Made by a program: the position numbers and the translations under genes. A stretch of DNA of 64,000 nucleotides, taken from the IMG/VR virus record IMGVR_UViG_3300008267_000012. One strand, given 5' to 3'. The notes beneath the pieces are model-generated. The model was given only the letters and a program-made list of their open reading frames with translations. It did no database searches and was not told where the DNA came from. Origin of the DNA: a virus. Lineage: Duplodnaviria > Caudoviricetes. Positions 8,960 through 19,600 of this stretch are shown here, piece by piece (position 1 is the stretch's first letter; the number at the start of each line of letters is the position of its first letter).

Positions 8960-10015
8960 TTAATTTAATATCTCAATTGTTGTATTTGTAATACCAATTG
9001 TACTACCTGGATTGGTAGTAATTCCTGATAATTGTATATAATATTGTTTTGTTGTATCTAAAGTTATAGTTGCCCCTGTTGCTAAATCTTGATACCCACC
9101 ATTATTCATTAAATAACCATGTACATTTATTAAACCACTAGTTCCAATATCTCTACAAACAAAATCAATTTCAGTTGAGAATGTCTTAGTTGCTGTTCCT
9201 GATGCTTGAATTGTTGATGAAAAAATTACTGTGGATGTGTTTGCGGTATCTATTAATCTTAAACCTAATGTAATAGCTTCTGAACTTGGTACTAGATTAT
9301 ATCCCTTTGCTTTAAATCTGACAGTCTTACCTTTAACTAAAAAATTAGGAGGTAAAGTTCTTGTTCCAATAAATGTTGTATATGAACTATATTCAGGTAA
9401 TAAGTTTCTAGAAGTGCTTGATGCTGTGAAACTTGATATAATTGAATAAATACTAGCCGAATTTATTTCATCAATTCCATTATGTGGATTTTTATATTGT
9501 TGTTGTTGATTATCATATGGAAATACCATAGGTACAGCATATGTGTTACCTAATGTACTTGTTGCGTTTCCTACAACAGTATATGCTGAAATTTGTTGAA
9601 ATTTTGCAAAAGTAACAGAATTATCTTCATAGCAATTTGTTCGTGTTTGACTCCAAACAAGTGTTGAACCACTTCTATTTAAAACTGTGTCTAATACAGT
9701 TGCTTGAAATGAACCAGTAAGACCTGATGTTGATTGTGGTCTACCAATAACTGATGTTGATAAGCCTGTTATTATTGCTGCTGAACCTCCTGATACATTA
9801 TTTACTACAGTTGCAGGTTGTCCTGAAATAACAAAAACATCACCTTGTTTATAAACTGTAGTTGAACCAGCACCTGTAATATTATTAAAGAAAAATTCTG
9901 TTGTTGATGCTGAAATATAATTATTTATACCATTACCAATAAACTGAATACCCCCAATAGAACCTCCTCCTCCACTACCTTTTATATTTTGTAATTGATG
10001 TCCTGCTACTGCCAT
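8960..10015 (-). CDS. Tail fibre-like protein (family with shared C-terminal domain ...EILN)
   Basis: Gly/Ser/Thr-rich; C-terminal domain GKTVRFKAKG...TIEILN is homologous to those of 11897-13309 and 13325-14686. Confidence 0.6.
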   Translation of the reverse strand: MAVAGHQLQNIKGSGGGGSIGGIQFIGNGINNYISASTTEFFFNNITGAGSTTVYKQGDVFVISGQPATVVNNVSGGSAAIITGLSTSVIGRPQSTSGLTGSFQATVLDTVLNRSGSTLVWSQTRTNCYEDNSVTFAKFQQISAYTVVGNATSTLGNTYAVPMVFPYDNQQQQYKNPHNGIDEINSASIYSIISSFTASSTSRNLLPEYSSYTTFIGTRTLPPNFLVKGKTVRFKAKGYNLVPSSEAITLGLRLIDTANTSTVIFSSTIQASGTATKTFSTEIDFVCRDIGTSGLINVHGYLMNNGGYQDLATGATITLDTTKQYYIQLSGITTNPGSTIGITNTTIEILN

Positions 10016-10028
10016 TTATATATTTTTA

Positions 10029-10037
10029 TATAAATAG
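10029..10037 (-). promoter_or_regulatory. Putative late promoter CTATTTATA
   Basis: 13 nt upstream of ATG 10015; overlaps the 9-bp inverted repeat ATTTATATA-AAAA-TATATAAAT (10014-10035) whose 3' arm covers AT of the ATG. Confidence 0.6.
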
Positions 10038-10039
10038 TC

Positions 10040-10486
10040 TTAATCTAAAATTGACAAAAGATGATTTGGTTTGGTTTTCCACCATTCCTTTTCATTCATA
10101 ATAAACCCGATTGATTGAAAACAATTAACACTTAACTTATTATGATTTATATCTAATAAATACTTTAAATATCTTGCATTATAGTTTGCTCCTAATAACT
10201 TATTAAATCTTTCTTTTACACCAATAGTGACTTTAAATCTTTTAACTAATAACTTTCTTTGAAGAGTTTGTTGTTCTTCAATAAACTTATCAACTGTTTT
10301 TGAAACAATGAATCCTGAAGCTATAGCTTCGCAAACAAATAATTTACCATTAAAATCTCTTATTAAAAGACAATGATTGTATTTTGATTTTAAAAAAAAT
10401 CTTATTAAAAAGTAAAAGATTTTATTAAAGATTGAAATACCTTTTTCATTTCTAACAAATACAATATCCCAATCTTTAAACTGCAT
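10040..10486 (-). CDS. Permuted papain-like amidase (YiiX/YaeF, peptidase C92 / NlpC-P60 permuted)
   Basis: DIVFVR...SKYNH(His)CLL...FVCEA...LGANYN...VNC(Cys)FQSIG: His-before-Cys order of the permuted NlpC/P60 family. Confidence 0.7.
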   Translation of the reverse strand: MQFKDWDIVFVRNEKGISIFNKIFYFLIRFFLKSKYNHCLLIRDFNGKLFVCEAIASGFIVSKTVDKFIEEQQTLQRKLLVKRFKVTIGVKERFNKLLGANYNARYLKYLLDINHNKLSVNCFQSIGFIMNEKEWWKTKPNHLLSILD

Positions 10487-10487
10487 T

Positions 10488-10898
10488 TTAAATCCATGTT
10501 ACAATTTGTGCAATATTATAATCGTTAAATCTTTGATATGAATCTGCTCTTGATATCATTTGTTCCGATAAATCATCAATTGCAATAGGATTTGCAGCAA
10601 TAACATTGATAAAATAATTAGCTTCTCCAATAGCATTTGGAAATGATGAATCAACATAATCCCCTGTTGCAGGGTCAACCCATGTTGAATTATCTGCCCT
10701 TAATTTAAAAATATAATCAGGAATTAAAGAGTATGGTTCATCAATACCATTTTCTTCCTTATAATGCTTTACTAAAACTCTAAAATCAACATAAACTAAA
10801 CTAGGATGATTGTATTCATCTGTTATAATATTTGCCCTTTTTGCTTTTCTTTTTATTGTGTTGTCTAGTGGGTGATTTGTTATATTTATTAAGTCCAT
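10488..10898 (-). CDS. Hypothetical protein (possible fibre assembly partner)
   Basis: Intact ORF with CTATTTATA upstream. Confidence 0.6.
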   Translation of the reverse strand: MDLINITNHPLDNTIKRKAKRANIITDEYNHPSLVYVDFRVLVKHYKEENGIDEPYSLIPDYIFKLRADNSTWVDPATGDYVDSSFPNAIGEANYFINVIAANPIAIDDLSEQMISRADSYQRFNDYNIAQIVTWI

Positions 10899-10906
10899 AA
10901 TTTTAT

Positions 10907-10915
10907 TATAAATAG
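10907..10915 (-). promoter_or_regulatory. Putative late promoter CTATTTATA
   Basis: 8 nt upstream of ATG 10898. Confidence 0.6.
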
Positions 10916-10918
10916 TAT

Positions 10919-11893
10919 TTATGAATAATTACCATTATATACAATTGGTTCATTAGGTTTATTACGAAAATTATATTTATGTAAAAAATAATTATGCATT
11001 CTTCTAACACCATTAAGGTCTAATGCTTCACCATCACTAAGAATAACTTCATTTAATTCAGATTGAAAACCTGACCCAGAAGCTTGAGACCCACCAAATC
11101 CATAAAACGTATATCCTAGCATACTTGCTGACCTAAATATTGGTAATGTAACACCTGACATTGCAGTATTTGTATTATTTCCACTAGTTATTAAATTATC
11201 ATTTATGTAACAAAAAAAGTTCCTATTATTATCTAATACAAATGTTGCTGAAAAATATCTACCGCTATTTTTAGTATTTAAACCATCTACATCTATATTT
11301 ATAATTTGTAGACCACCAACATATACATTAATATTAACAACAGGAAGATAACCTGATTCCAAACCACCTGTCACACCTAAACCATTATCAGGTGTAGTTA
11401 TGAATGAAAATCTAGCTGCCGTTAATACTGTAGTACCAAAATTTGCAATATTTGATTTAGTACCAGTGCTAGTAAGTCTAAAAAAGGCACTAAATGTAAA
11501 AGCTGTTTTATTTGTACTTTGATAACCTGAAAGAGTTCTTAGAGCAGCTTGTGCTTGTGCTGTATTACCAGCATTACATACATGTGAATTTTTATTTGTA
11601 TTTATTGTATTGGCAGAAAAAAAACTAGAATTATTAATAGTAGCACTTGTTGGGTTAACTGGATTTCTTAGGTCATATAGTGGGTAATTTTGCACTTTAT
11701 TCCTCACATATCTAATAACATCACCATTATTAATAGGTATTGTGCCACCACTATCACTATATAATGTACTTCTATCATTAAAATCCCACCAAATAGTTAA
11801 TCCACTTTGAAATAATTGTTGAGGTGTATAAATAGGTGATATAAAATTATTGGATATCATTGTATATGAATTTCCTGAAATATCTGTTAACAT
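10919..11893 (-). CDS. LamG/concanavalin-A-like adhesin domain protein
   Basis: WWDFNDRSTLYSDSGG...GDVIRY N-terminal motif, FTFSAFFR, FFCYINDNL, SELNEVIL...MHNYFLHKY C-terminal motif. Confidence 0.65.
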   Translation of the reverse strand: MLTDISGNSYTMISNNFISPIYTPQQLFQSGLTIWWDFNDRSTLYSDSGGTIPINNGDVIRYVRNKVQNYPLYDLRNPVNPTSATINNSSFFSANTINTNKNSHVCNAGNTAQAQAALRTLSGYQSTNKTAFTFSAFFRLTSTGTKSNIANFGTTVLTAARFSFITTPDNGLGVTGGLESGYLPVVNINVYVGGLQIINIDVDGLNTKNSGRYFSATFVLDNNRNFFCYINDNLITSGNNTNTAMSGVTLPIFRSASMLGYTFYGFGGSQASGSGFQSELNEVILSDGEALDLNGVRRMHNYFLHKYNFRNKPNEPIVYNGNYS

Positions 11894-11896
11894 ATT

Positions 11897-13309
11897 TTAA
11901 TTTAAAATTTCTAAAGTTGATTCATTAATTATTATTGAACTGCCTGAATCGGCTACATCAAATTGTACAGTACAATCAAATACTTGATTTGTTGTTGTTG
12001 TTATTGTTTGATTTTGAGAATATATACCAAATATAACAGGGTCTCCACCAATTGTTGATGGTGGGGCTGTGGGGAATACTATTTTTCCACTACCAAAAAT
12101 TAATCCTGAATTTCTTACCGTAAAAGTAGAATCAATCTCAATATCCCCATCATAAGGATTTATTGACCCAAAAAAACTAATAGTTGATGAACTAGAAATT
12201 ATCGTTGAACCAAGTTTTATTCTAACAATTAGCGTAGTATCAACATTTTGTATAGATATTGTACCTCTAGCATTAAATCTATATTTTCTACCTATTGCTA
12301 ATTCAGGATTATAAGAATTATTTGATGCAAGTAATGTTGTAGTTCCTGTTAAAACTGAGGATATAATTGATGTTTGTGTTGTTGTATTTGAAATTGTTAA
12401 AGATGATAAAGCATTAAATATACCAAATGAATTTATATATCTTGGTTTATTAATACTACTATCATTAATTGATAATGTTCCACCGCTATCTACAAAAATT
12501 ATTTTAGATGGACTGCCTGATTCACCTGTAAATGAGTTGTTATTATAACTAAATAAAAATTCAGTAGTTGTACCACCACGTTGCATTTTTAATTCATTTG
12601 AATTTGTATACCATATAGAACCATCTGATGGAGATATTGGTTCTGTTGGTGATGGTGCAAATTTTATCGTTGTAAGACCTGTTGTTGATGGTGCAAGAAA
12701 GGCAAGTCTTGTATTGGTAACCTGACTTGAAGCTGCTAAATTTAAAGTGCCAATTGTTGTGTTAATATTTCCTGATGCTCCACCACCAAAAATTGTAAGT
12801 CTACCTGATGCTGTTGTGTACATTAAATTTATTGAAGTATTTGTAGGTGCTAATCTAACAAGCGTATTTGCTGTTATTGCCGATGTTGTGCCTATACCTG
12901 CTGAGTTAAATAATGCAGATGTAAAACCATTTGCTCCTGATATAGTTCTTGAGAAAAGTGTTGTTCCTGTTATTCCTGTATAAACTTTAGCACCACCACC
13001 TTGATTTGAAACTGTATTTACAACTGTTCTGCCTCTAACAACTACTATTTCACCATCATCATTTATAGATATACCAACTTCATTTCCACCTGATAAATTA
13101 TAAAATGCTAATGTATCATTTGATGATACTGTTGTTGTTAAACCGCAAAAAACTCCTGTTCCTGTTCCAACATTCCTACCGCTTATAATTATACCACTAC
13201 CACCTCCTGATGAAGTTGCTGATATTGCATAACTATTTCCTGAAGGATAAATAGTGATATTTGGTCCTGCTGTAAATAAATTCCCTAATTGTCTATAACT
13301 TAATGGCAT
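11897..13309 (-). CDS. Tail fibre-like protein, paralogue of 13325-14686
   Basis: N-terminus MPLSYRQLGNLFTAGPNITIYPSG vs MPISFRQAGNLFVAGPNIVIYPSG; GxNVGTG repeats; C-terminal GRKYRFNARG...TLEILN. Confidence 0.7.
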   Translation of the reverse strand: MPLSYRQLGNLFTAGPNITIYPSGNSYAISATSSGGGSGIIISGRNVGTGTGVFCGLTTTVSSNDTLAFYNLSGGNEVGISINDDGEIVVVRGRTVVNTVSNQGGGAKVYTGITGTTLFSRTISGANGFTSALFNSAGIGTTSAITANTLVRLAPTNTSINLMYTTASGRLTIFGGGASGNINTTIGTLNLAASSQVTNTRLAFLAPSTTGLTTIKFAPSPTEPISPSDGSIWYTNSNELKMQRGGTTTEFLFSYNNNSFTGESGSPSKIIFVDSGGTLSINDSSINKPRYINSFGIFNALSSLTISNTTTQTSIISSVLTGTTTLLASNNSYNPELAIGRKYRFNARGTISIQNVDTTLIVRIKLGSTIISSSSTISFFGSINPYDGDIEIDSTFTVRNSGLIFGSGKIVFPTAPPSTIGGDPVIFGIYSQNQTITTTTNQVFDCTVQFDVADSGSSIIINESTLEILN

Positions 13310-13315
13310 CTTAAC

Positions 13316-13324
13316 TATAAATAG
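13316..13324 (-). promoter_or_regulatory. Putative late promoter CTATTTATA in an 8-bp inverted repeat (13311-13328)
   Basis: TTAACTAT-TT-ATAGTTAA ends 1 nt before ATG 13309. Confidence 0.65.
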
Positions 13325-14686
13325 TTAATTTAAATACTCTAGCGTTGCTTCATTAATAAGTATATTATTTCCTGAGTTGTCAAATTGCAATGTAAGGTCA
13401 AATATTTTATCTGTTGTTGTATCTATTGTTACTTCACCCAGTGAAGTTATTGGTGCAATTGGTGAGGTAGATAAAGTTAAAAATGCTGCATCTGTTAACA
13501 TTTTACCACTACCAATAGCCTTTCCTGATGCACCTTGGGTTCTAATTGTGAATGTACAATCAATTTCAAAAAAACTACCATTTATATTAGTTTGTAATGC
13601 CGTTGTTGCACTTGCAATTAGAACAGAACCTAATTTTAATTTAGATGTTAAATTACCTGCACTAGCATCTGAGTTTATATTACCTCTAGCATTAAATCTA
13701 TATTTTTTACCTGTTAGTAATTGTGGTGTTGAAACATGTAATGAACTATTTAATATATTTGTACCTATTAAAACAGTAGTACCTGTATTAATTACACTCA
13801 ATTCAGATGTTCCTGATATCGTTGTTGATGTAATTGAATTAAATATACCTAAAGGTGTGAAAAAAACATTTTGAGTATTTATAGTACCAGCTGAATCCGC
13901 AATTAATACTCTGTTATTTGTTAATCCTGTAAATATGGCATTATTATTTCTAAATAAAAATGGTGTAAGTGTATTAACCCCATTAAAATTTGTACTACCT
14001 TTATAAAACCATAATGTATTACCTGTTGATACATATTGTATATCACCATTCCTAACACTACCAAAACCTATTGTTGTTGATAATGGAATAGTTAATGGTG
14101 TAACAGCAGATGTTGCAGGTGCTAGTAAAAGTCTTGTATCTGTTATTGTTTGTGGTGTTGAAAAACCAATAGCCATACTTCCTGTTGTTGTATCAACTTG
14201 AAAAAAATCACTTGTACTTAAAGCACCGCCTGTTCCTGCAATAACAACTCTATCTGCCGTTAAAGTTGATGAGGGTCTTACAAGAACTAAGTTTCCTGAT
14301 TCAACAGCTTCAATACCATTAGCACCTGATATTGTTCTTGATAATAAAGCACCTGCTGTAACTGCTGATGCAACTGCTATACCTGCACCTAAGTTTGTTA
14401 CTGCACTTACACCATTAATAGAACCTGTTGTTGCTGAAAAAACAATATCATTTCCTGATAAGTAAACACCTGTATTTGCACCTGCTTTTATGGTTCTAAA
14501 AACTAAATTACTGCTTGAAACAGAAGAAAAGACACCAACCCCTGTTCCAACATTTGTTCCGCTTATAATTGAACCAGTTCCACCACTTGATGAACCTGAA
14601 ATAGCATATGTATCTCCTGAAGGATAAATAACAATATTTGGTCCTGCTACAAATAAATTTCCTGCTTGTCTAAAACTTATTGGCAT
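13325..14686 (-). CDS. Tail fibre-like protein, paralogue of 11897-13309
   Basis: See paralogue; ends ...ATLEYLN. Confidence 0.7.
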   Translation of the reverse strand: MPISFRQAGNLFVAGPNIVIYPSGDTYAISGSSSGGTGSIISGTNVGTGVGVFSSVSSSNLVFRTIKAGANTGVYLSGNDIVFSATTGSINGVSAVTNLGAGIAVASAVTAGALLSRTISGANGIEAVESGNLVLVRPSSTLTADRVVIAGTGGALSTSDFFQVDTTTGSMAIGFSTPQTITDTRLLLAPATSAVTPLTIPLSTTIGFGSVRNGDIQYVSTGNTLWFYKGSTNFNGVNTLTPFLFRNNNAIFTGLTNNRVLIADSAGTINTQNVFFTPLGIFNSITSTTISGTSELSVINTGTTVLIGTNILNSSLHVSTPQLLTGKKYRFNARGNINSDASAGNLTSKLKLGSVLIASATTALQTNINGSFFEIDCTFTIRTQGASGKAIGSGKMLTDAAFLTLSTSPIAPITSLGEVTIDTTTDKIFDLTLQFDNSGNNILINEATLEYLN

Positions 14687-17600
14687 TAGATATAATTGTT
14701 TATATTTGTTTGAAAATACTTTTGAATGTCATTGTTATATGTGAATGTAATACTATCATATGTTGAACCACTAATTACAGCATCTAGTCCACCTTCAGTT
14801 TTTAATGTTGCGCTATTTTGAAATGTTACTGTTACACCTGTATTTGCAAAAAACTTAATTGATGGTGTATATGCACTTATACTTACATCTGAAGTAATTG
14901 AAGTTACAGTTACTGATGCAGTCGCTGAAGTTATAGTTATTTTATCATATAAATAAAAACCATCAACTTGTGCAACTTGAGATGTTACAGGAATATTTCT
15001 AGTTAATAATGTTTTACTTAATACTTCATTTATACTACTATTTGTCCAAGAAGAATAGGTTACACCATCATATCTTAAAATATTGTAATCACTTACACCT
15101 GTAAGTCTTACATTATGTAATTCATCAAGTTCATATCCATTATCAACTTTAACATAGATTTTTCCGTTATTAGCATGTGCATATTCAACATAACCAATAA
15201 TAACCGTATGATTTGGTGCTTGTGGTTTAATATTGGTTATTTGTCCTGCTGTTGTTGGTGATAAATATAGAACATCACCATCATTCCAAGTTTCTCCTTG
15301 CAAAGAGCCTGTTGTATTAATTTTTTGTAATAAACCAACAGTAATAATAAATCCTTCTTGGTTTGTTGCTATATCTTCAGCAACAAGACCTAAAGTACCT
15401 GCTGAGTTAGCATCATTATCACCTTTTGCTAATTTAACTGATAATCTTTGTCCTGCTGCTCCTCCAATAACTACGGCATGATAACTTGAGCCTGATAAAT
15501 CTATGAGTGGTGTTGTTTTATTTACTACTCTAGTAATTAATCCTTGATTTAATTTACTTTTAACAACACCTCCTTTTAATCCCAATTCTAATGTACCATC
15601 AGTATCATTCCAATTTAATCTAGCTATTTGTGATGTAACAGTTGCACCTGTATTAAAATCAATATAATCAGTATATAAACTTGTTGATGAAATTGATGTT
15701 GCTGATAATGTGTTTGTTAAGATTGTGTCTGATGTGATTGATGTTGCGGAAATTTCATTTACTAAGATTGTGGTTGCTGATATACCACTTAAAAAGACTG
15801 TTTCACCTGATACAGTACCACCACTTACTGAAAGATAAGGTAAAGATTCTTTACTGATAAAATCAAATCCTGTTGTACCATTTCCAACCATTAATTGGTC
15901 AAGGCCAGTAGAAACATAACCAACAGGGATTTGACTATTACCATTTGGTGGTATTAAGGTAACTTTAGCATTATTCCCTGACCCAACATTGGTATGAACA
16001 GGTATAATATCTATTGTGGCATTTGCCCATGTCGGATTATTATCTTCAAATGTTATTGATGCTGCTGTCCATAAACTACCTGCACTATTACCACTATTAA
16101 TAATTGTTAAAGATTTATCTTGTTGAATAGTTAAATCACCTGTTAATGTTCCACCGCTTATTGGTAAATAATCACCTGATAAGGTACTTCCTGTTCCACC
16201 TGTTGCAGTACTAACAAATACTAATGTACCATTACTTTCAGTAATTTGCATTCCTGTTCCTGCGGATAGTGTTCTATAAACTAAATTATTATTAGTTACA
16301 GAAGAAATAACTGAATAATCACCAGTTCCTGCTGAAACAATATCCGTAATACCTGTAAATGATGTTGAACCTGTTCCACCGCTACCTGTGCTATTAATAA
16401 TTAAATAACCAGGTGATGTTGTATCATCTATTGTAATATTTGTACCTTCAAGTAATGCTTTAAATGTTACCGTTCTACCTGTTGTTGATGCTGAACTAAT
16501 ATCTTCAATAAGTGATTGTCCACCAAAAGTTGTATCTACACTAATAATATCGGTAATTGTGGTTGTGGTTAAAGCACTTAATGCTTTAAAGGTATTAATA
16601 TTTTCTTGATAAAATACAGTACCTGCTTTGCTTCTTTTTTGATATGTAATTATCTCATCATAGTTACCATCTATTGGATGTGTATCTTCTAATTCATTTC
16701 TAATAGTTGAACTATGAACAAAATTAAATAAATAACCTGCTAAAGGTTTAAAAGTTAATTTATAAGTTTGATTATAATTTTGTATAGCATTTATTGAAAA
16801 TGTTGAAGTTGCTGCTGAAATATTAAATACACCAAAATGATTATAATTTGTTAAATCTAAAGTATTACTTGGTACATTTAAATTTGTTTCAAGTTGATTT
16901 ACATCAGATGTAACTAATTTACTATTGAAACTATAATTTGCTAATGTCCTATTAACTAATCCAAAATCAGTTGATATATCACAATTTCTAAATTGTGTAT
17001 TTGTAAATGTAGCTGCTGAAATTAAGACATTATTTCTAATGTTTGTATTATCAAGTATAAAGTTTGTATCATCAAAAGATGAAACAAGTCTTGCATTATT
17101 ATCAAATGTATTTCCTGAAATAATACCTCTAAAGTTCATTATCTCAGCAACTGAGTTATTTATAACTCTATTATTTAATACTTGATTTTTTCTACCCCAA
17201 GGAAATACATCAATTGCTGATTTACCTTCTACAGTATTACCAACTGAATCTACTCTTTTTGTGATTGTATCACTTGTAAAGTCATATTCAATATAATCAT
17301 TAACTGTAATATAACCATATCTTTGAGTAAAGTCTCTTGATAATAAAGATAAATTTGTTAATGTATTATTAAAAGTTGTATTTGCTGTTACTTTATAGTG
17401 ATTATTATTATAAATTGCAGTTTCATTAGTTACCAAACTTTGACCACTATATGCAATACCTGAACTACCTAAAGGCGTAGCTGATACATCTGTATAGTCA
17501 CCAATATCATAATAATCTGGATTTAAAGTAATTAATGTGCCATTTTTTGATATTTTATTTGTATCAATTGCATTTACAATAACATATCCAAATGTTCCTG

Positions 17601-19125
17601 CACCTTCATTAATCCTACCTGAAACAATTCTATATTGTTTACCAATCTGAAGAGTTGAACCTGTTATTTTATCTGTTAATTGGGAGTATGTAACATCTTC
17701 ATATAATGTAACTATTGTTGCAGATGATGATGATGCACTAAATATTATTAAATCACCTGATTCAATAATAGAAAGATTTGTAGGTGTAGCAGAAGATAAT
17801 CTTCTAAATTGTAATTCATTTACTGATTTAGTATAAAAAACACCTGCACCACCTGCGCCAACATTTGCTCCTGTTGTTGAACCTGATGTATCACTATAAA
17901 CAGTTAATTTACCATCAACTAAAGTAACACTTGTACCGCCAGCACCTTGAATTGGGTATAAAAAATATGTTGTTCCTGTTTTCCCACTAATAAGACTTGT
18001 ACCACCTGTAAGTGATACTATGTCTGTAATTACACTTGTTCCTGAAAAATCTAAACCTATTGTAATTAAACCATCAGTTTCAGTTATTGTAATGCCTGTA
18101 CTACCTGTTAATGCCTTTACAAGCAAACTATTACTTGTGATTGATGAAATAAAGTTTGTTCCACCTGTAAATAATGTTAAACCTGTAATTATTTCAAATT
18201 GAGGTTTAAATTTAGTACCATCAAATTTTAATATTTGTCCACTACCTGTTGTTCCTGTTGTTTCAATTTCAACATTTGTAACAAATAATCGTTTATTTGC
18301 ATATGTATCACCTGCATTAGTTACATTAAAAGCATTTGCTCTATTTAAATCATCTGCTCCATAACCAACAATAAAATAATCTGTTAAGTTATCAACATTG
18401 TATTTTCCAACAACAGTTTGAGCATATCCTGATGCTATTGTATCATAACCAAAAGCATTTGAGTTATACCCATATGCTCTTGAATTTACGCCTGTTGCAA
18501 ATGAAAAATCACCTGCACCTGCTGAATTTGCACCACCTGCTGCTCTTTGAATACCTGTACCTGCCCCATTATTATAATAGACAAAAACAGTTTCAGCAGT
18601 TGTTTGTATAGTTGTAGAACCTGTTCCACCTGTAAAATTTACAGGAACAGATATAATACCAACTTCAAGTTCACCATTTAATAAATTTGGTACTGTTGGG
18701 TTTGTTGTTGTAACACCTTCTCTAATAAATACAGTTGGGCTACCTGCTGTAATATAAACTAAATCAAATCTACTTCCACCTGTTTGTCCTGAATTAATGG
18801 TTATATATTCAAAATTATGTGTATATATCGTACCATTTACATTATATGAACCTGCACCTACACTATATGTTAAACCTGATACATATGATAATAAAAATCC
18901 ATTAGAAATAACTGAACCTGAGAATGAACCAGGTAAACCAGGTCTAAATTTATTATTAGCATCATCATATAACAAAGCAGAACCAATTACAGCACCATCG
19001 GTATCAATTTCAATTGATTTTACATAGAATGCCTGAAGGATATTTGTTGTACCCGAAAATATTGCTGATGTACCTGAGTATTGTTTGAGTTGTCTTGAAT
19101 AATCAGGTCTAGTAAAGTATGCCAT
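14686..19125 (-). CDS. Large tail fibre/adhesin protein (1479 aa), mosaic
   Basis: YadA-like short motifs (SFATGVNSRAYGYNSNAFG), repeated ~40-aa fibre modules (LxFRxLSAGTGxxITE), a beta-helix-like segment, and a domain LGLVAEDIATNQEG...GDVLYLSPTTAG typical of fibre proteins. Confidence 0.75.
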   Translation of the reverse strand: MAYFTRPDYSRQLKQYSGTSAIFSGTTNILQAFYVKSIEIDTDGAVIGSALLYDDANNKFRPGLPGSFSGSVISNGFLLSYVSGLTYSVGAGSYNVNGTIYTHNFEYITINSGQTGGSRFDLVYITAGSPTVFIREGVTTTNPTVPNLLNGELEVGIISVPVNFTGGTGSTTIQTTAETVFVYYNNGAGTGIQRAAGGANSAGAGDFSFATGVNSRAYGYNSNAFGYDTIASGYAQTVVGKYNVDNLTDYFIVGYGADDLNRANAFNVTNAGDTYANKRLFVTNVEIETTGTTGSGQILKFDGTKFKPQFEIITGLTLFTGGTNFISSITSNSLLVKALTGSTGITITETDGLITIGLDFSGTSVITDIVSLTGGTSLISGKTGTTYFLYPIQGAGGTSVTLVDGKLTVYSDTSGSTTGANVGAGGAGVFYTKSVNELQFRRLSSATPTNLSIIESGDLIIFSASSSSATIVTLYEDVTYSQLTDKITGSTLQIGKQYRIVSGRINEGAGTFGYVIVNAIDTNKISKNGTLITLNPDYYDIGDYTDVSATPLGSSGIAYSGQSLVTNETAIYNNNHYKVTANTTFNNTLTNLSLLSRDFTQRYGYITVNDYIEYDFTSDTITKRVDSVGNTVEGKSAIDVFPWGRKNQVLNNRVINNSVAEIMNFRGIISGNTFDNNARLVSSFDDTNFILDNTNIRNNVLISAATFTNTQFRNCDISTDFGLVNRTLANYSFNSKLVTSDVNQLETNLNVPSNTLDLTNYNHFGVFNISAATSTFSINAIQNYNQTYKLTFKPLAGYLFNFVHSSTIRNELEDTHPIDGNYDEIITYQKRSKAGTVFYQENINTFKALSALTTTTITDIISVDTTFGGQSLIEDISSASTTGRTVTFKALLEGTNITIDDTTSPGYLIINSTGSGGTGSTSFTGITDIVSAGTGDYSVISSVTNNNLVYRTLSAGTGMQITESNGTLVFVSTATGGTGSTLSGDYLPISGGTLTGDLTIQQDKSLTIINSGNSAGSLWTAASITFEDNNPTWANATIDIIPVHTNVGSGNNAKVTLIPPNGNSQIPVGYVSTGLDQLMVGNGTTGFDFISKESLPYLSVSGGTVSGETVFLSGISATTILVNEISATSITSDTILTNTLSATSISSTSLYTDYIDFNTGATVTSQIARLNWNDTDGTLELGLKGGVVKSKLNQGLITRVVNKTTPLIDLSGSSYHAVVIGGAAGQRLSVKLAKGDNDANSAGTLGLVAEDIATNQEGFIITVGLLQKINTTGSLQGETWNDGDVLYLSPTTAGQITNIKPQAPNHTVIIGYVEYAHANNGKIYVKVDNGYELDELHNVRLTGVSDYNILRYDGVTYSSWTNSSINEVLSKTLLTRNIPVTSQVAQVDGFYLYDKITITSATASVTVTSITSDVSISAYTPSIKFFANTGVTVTFQNSATLKTEGGLDAVISGSTYDSITFTYNNDIQKYFQTNINNYI

Positions 19126-19128
19126 ATA

Positions 19129-19578
19129 TTAACAATTTGTAGTTGGTGTAATAAGTATATTTAGTTTATTGTTAATAGGTACAATTAATGTTTTTTCTTC
19201 ACCATCTTTTGTAAAAATAATCTTAAATTCACCAACATAAAATCCTGCTTTTGTTGTATGTTTCTTTTTAAATTTATATTGGATTGTAAAATCCATTAAT
19301 TCTCTACAATTATCCTCTTGATTTACAATTCTATTACTTAATGTATCTAAATTTACTAATGCTTCATCATTTAAAATAATATACTTATTATTTAAATCAA
19401 ACATTGAAAATGTAACTGAACAATTTTGAATTAATTCCAATAATTGATAATAATTTTCTGTTCTTATTGGTTTAATTTCCAATATAGGTAAATCGGTATT
19501 TTGTTTTATAACAAAATCTCTGTTTTTATCTGTTGTAAAATCAAAATAAGAAGAATTATCTAATTCAAAATCAAACAT
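19129..19578 (-). CDS. BppU-N-like baseplate/fibre adaptor protein, paralogue of 24371-24901
   Basis: FVIKQNTDLPILEIKP...SVTFSMFD...TIQYKF...TTKAGFYVGEFKIIF matches a BppU N-terminal-like pattern and aligns with the 24371 ORF. Confidence 0.6.
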   Translation of the reverse strand: MFDFELDNSSYFDFTTDKNRDFVIKQNTDLPILEIKPIRTENYYQLLELIQNCSVTFSMFDLNNKYIILNDEALVNLDTLSNRIVNQEDNCRELMDFTIQYKFKKKHTTKAGFYVGEFKIIFTKDGEEKTLIVPINNKLNILITPTTNC

Positions 19579-19588
19579 TATACTTTAA

Positions 19589-19597
19589 TATAAATAG
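19589..19597 (-). promoter_or_regulatory. Putative late promoter CTATTTATA
   Basis: 10 nt upstream of ATG 19578. Confidence 0.6.
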
Positions 19598-19600
19598 GAA

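Noticed and set aside
6908-14686. Diversity-generating retroelement acting on the adhesin paralogues
   Set aside because: No reverse transcriptase or non-coding template repeat in the window. The only near-identical repeat is 30 nt, too short for a TR/VR pair, and both copies are coding.
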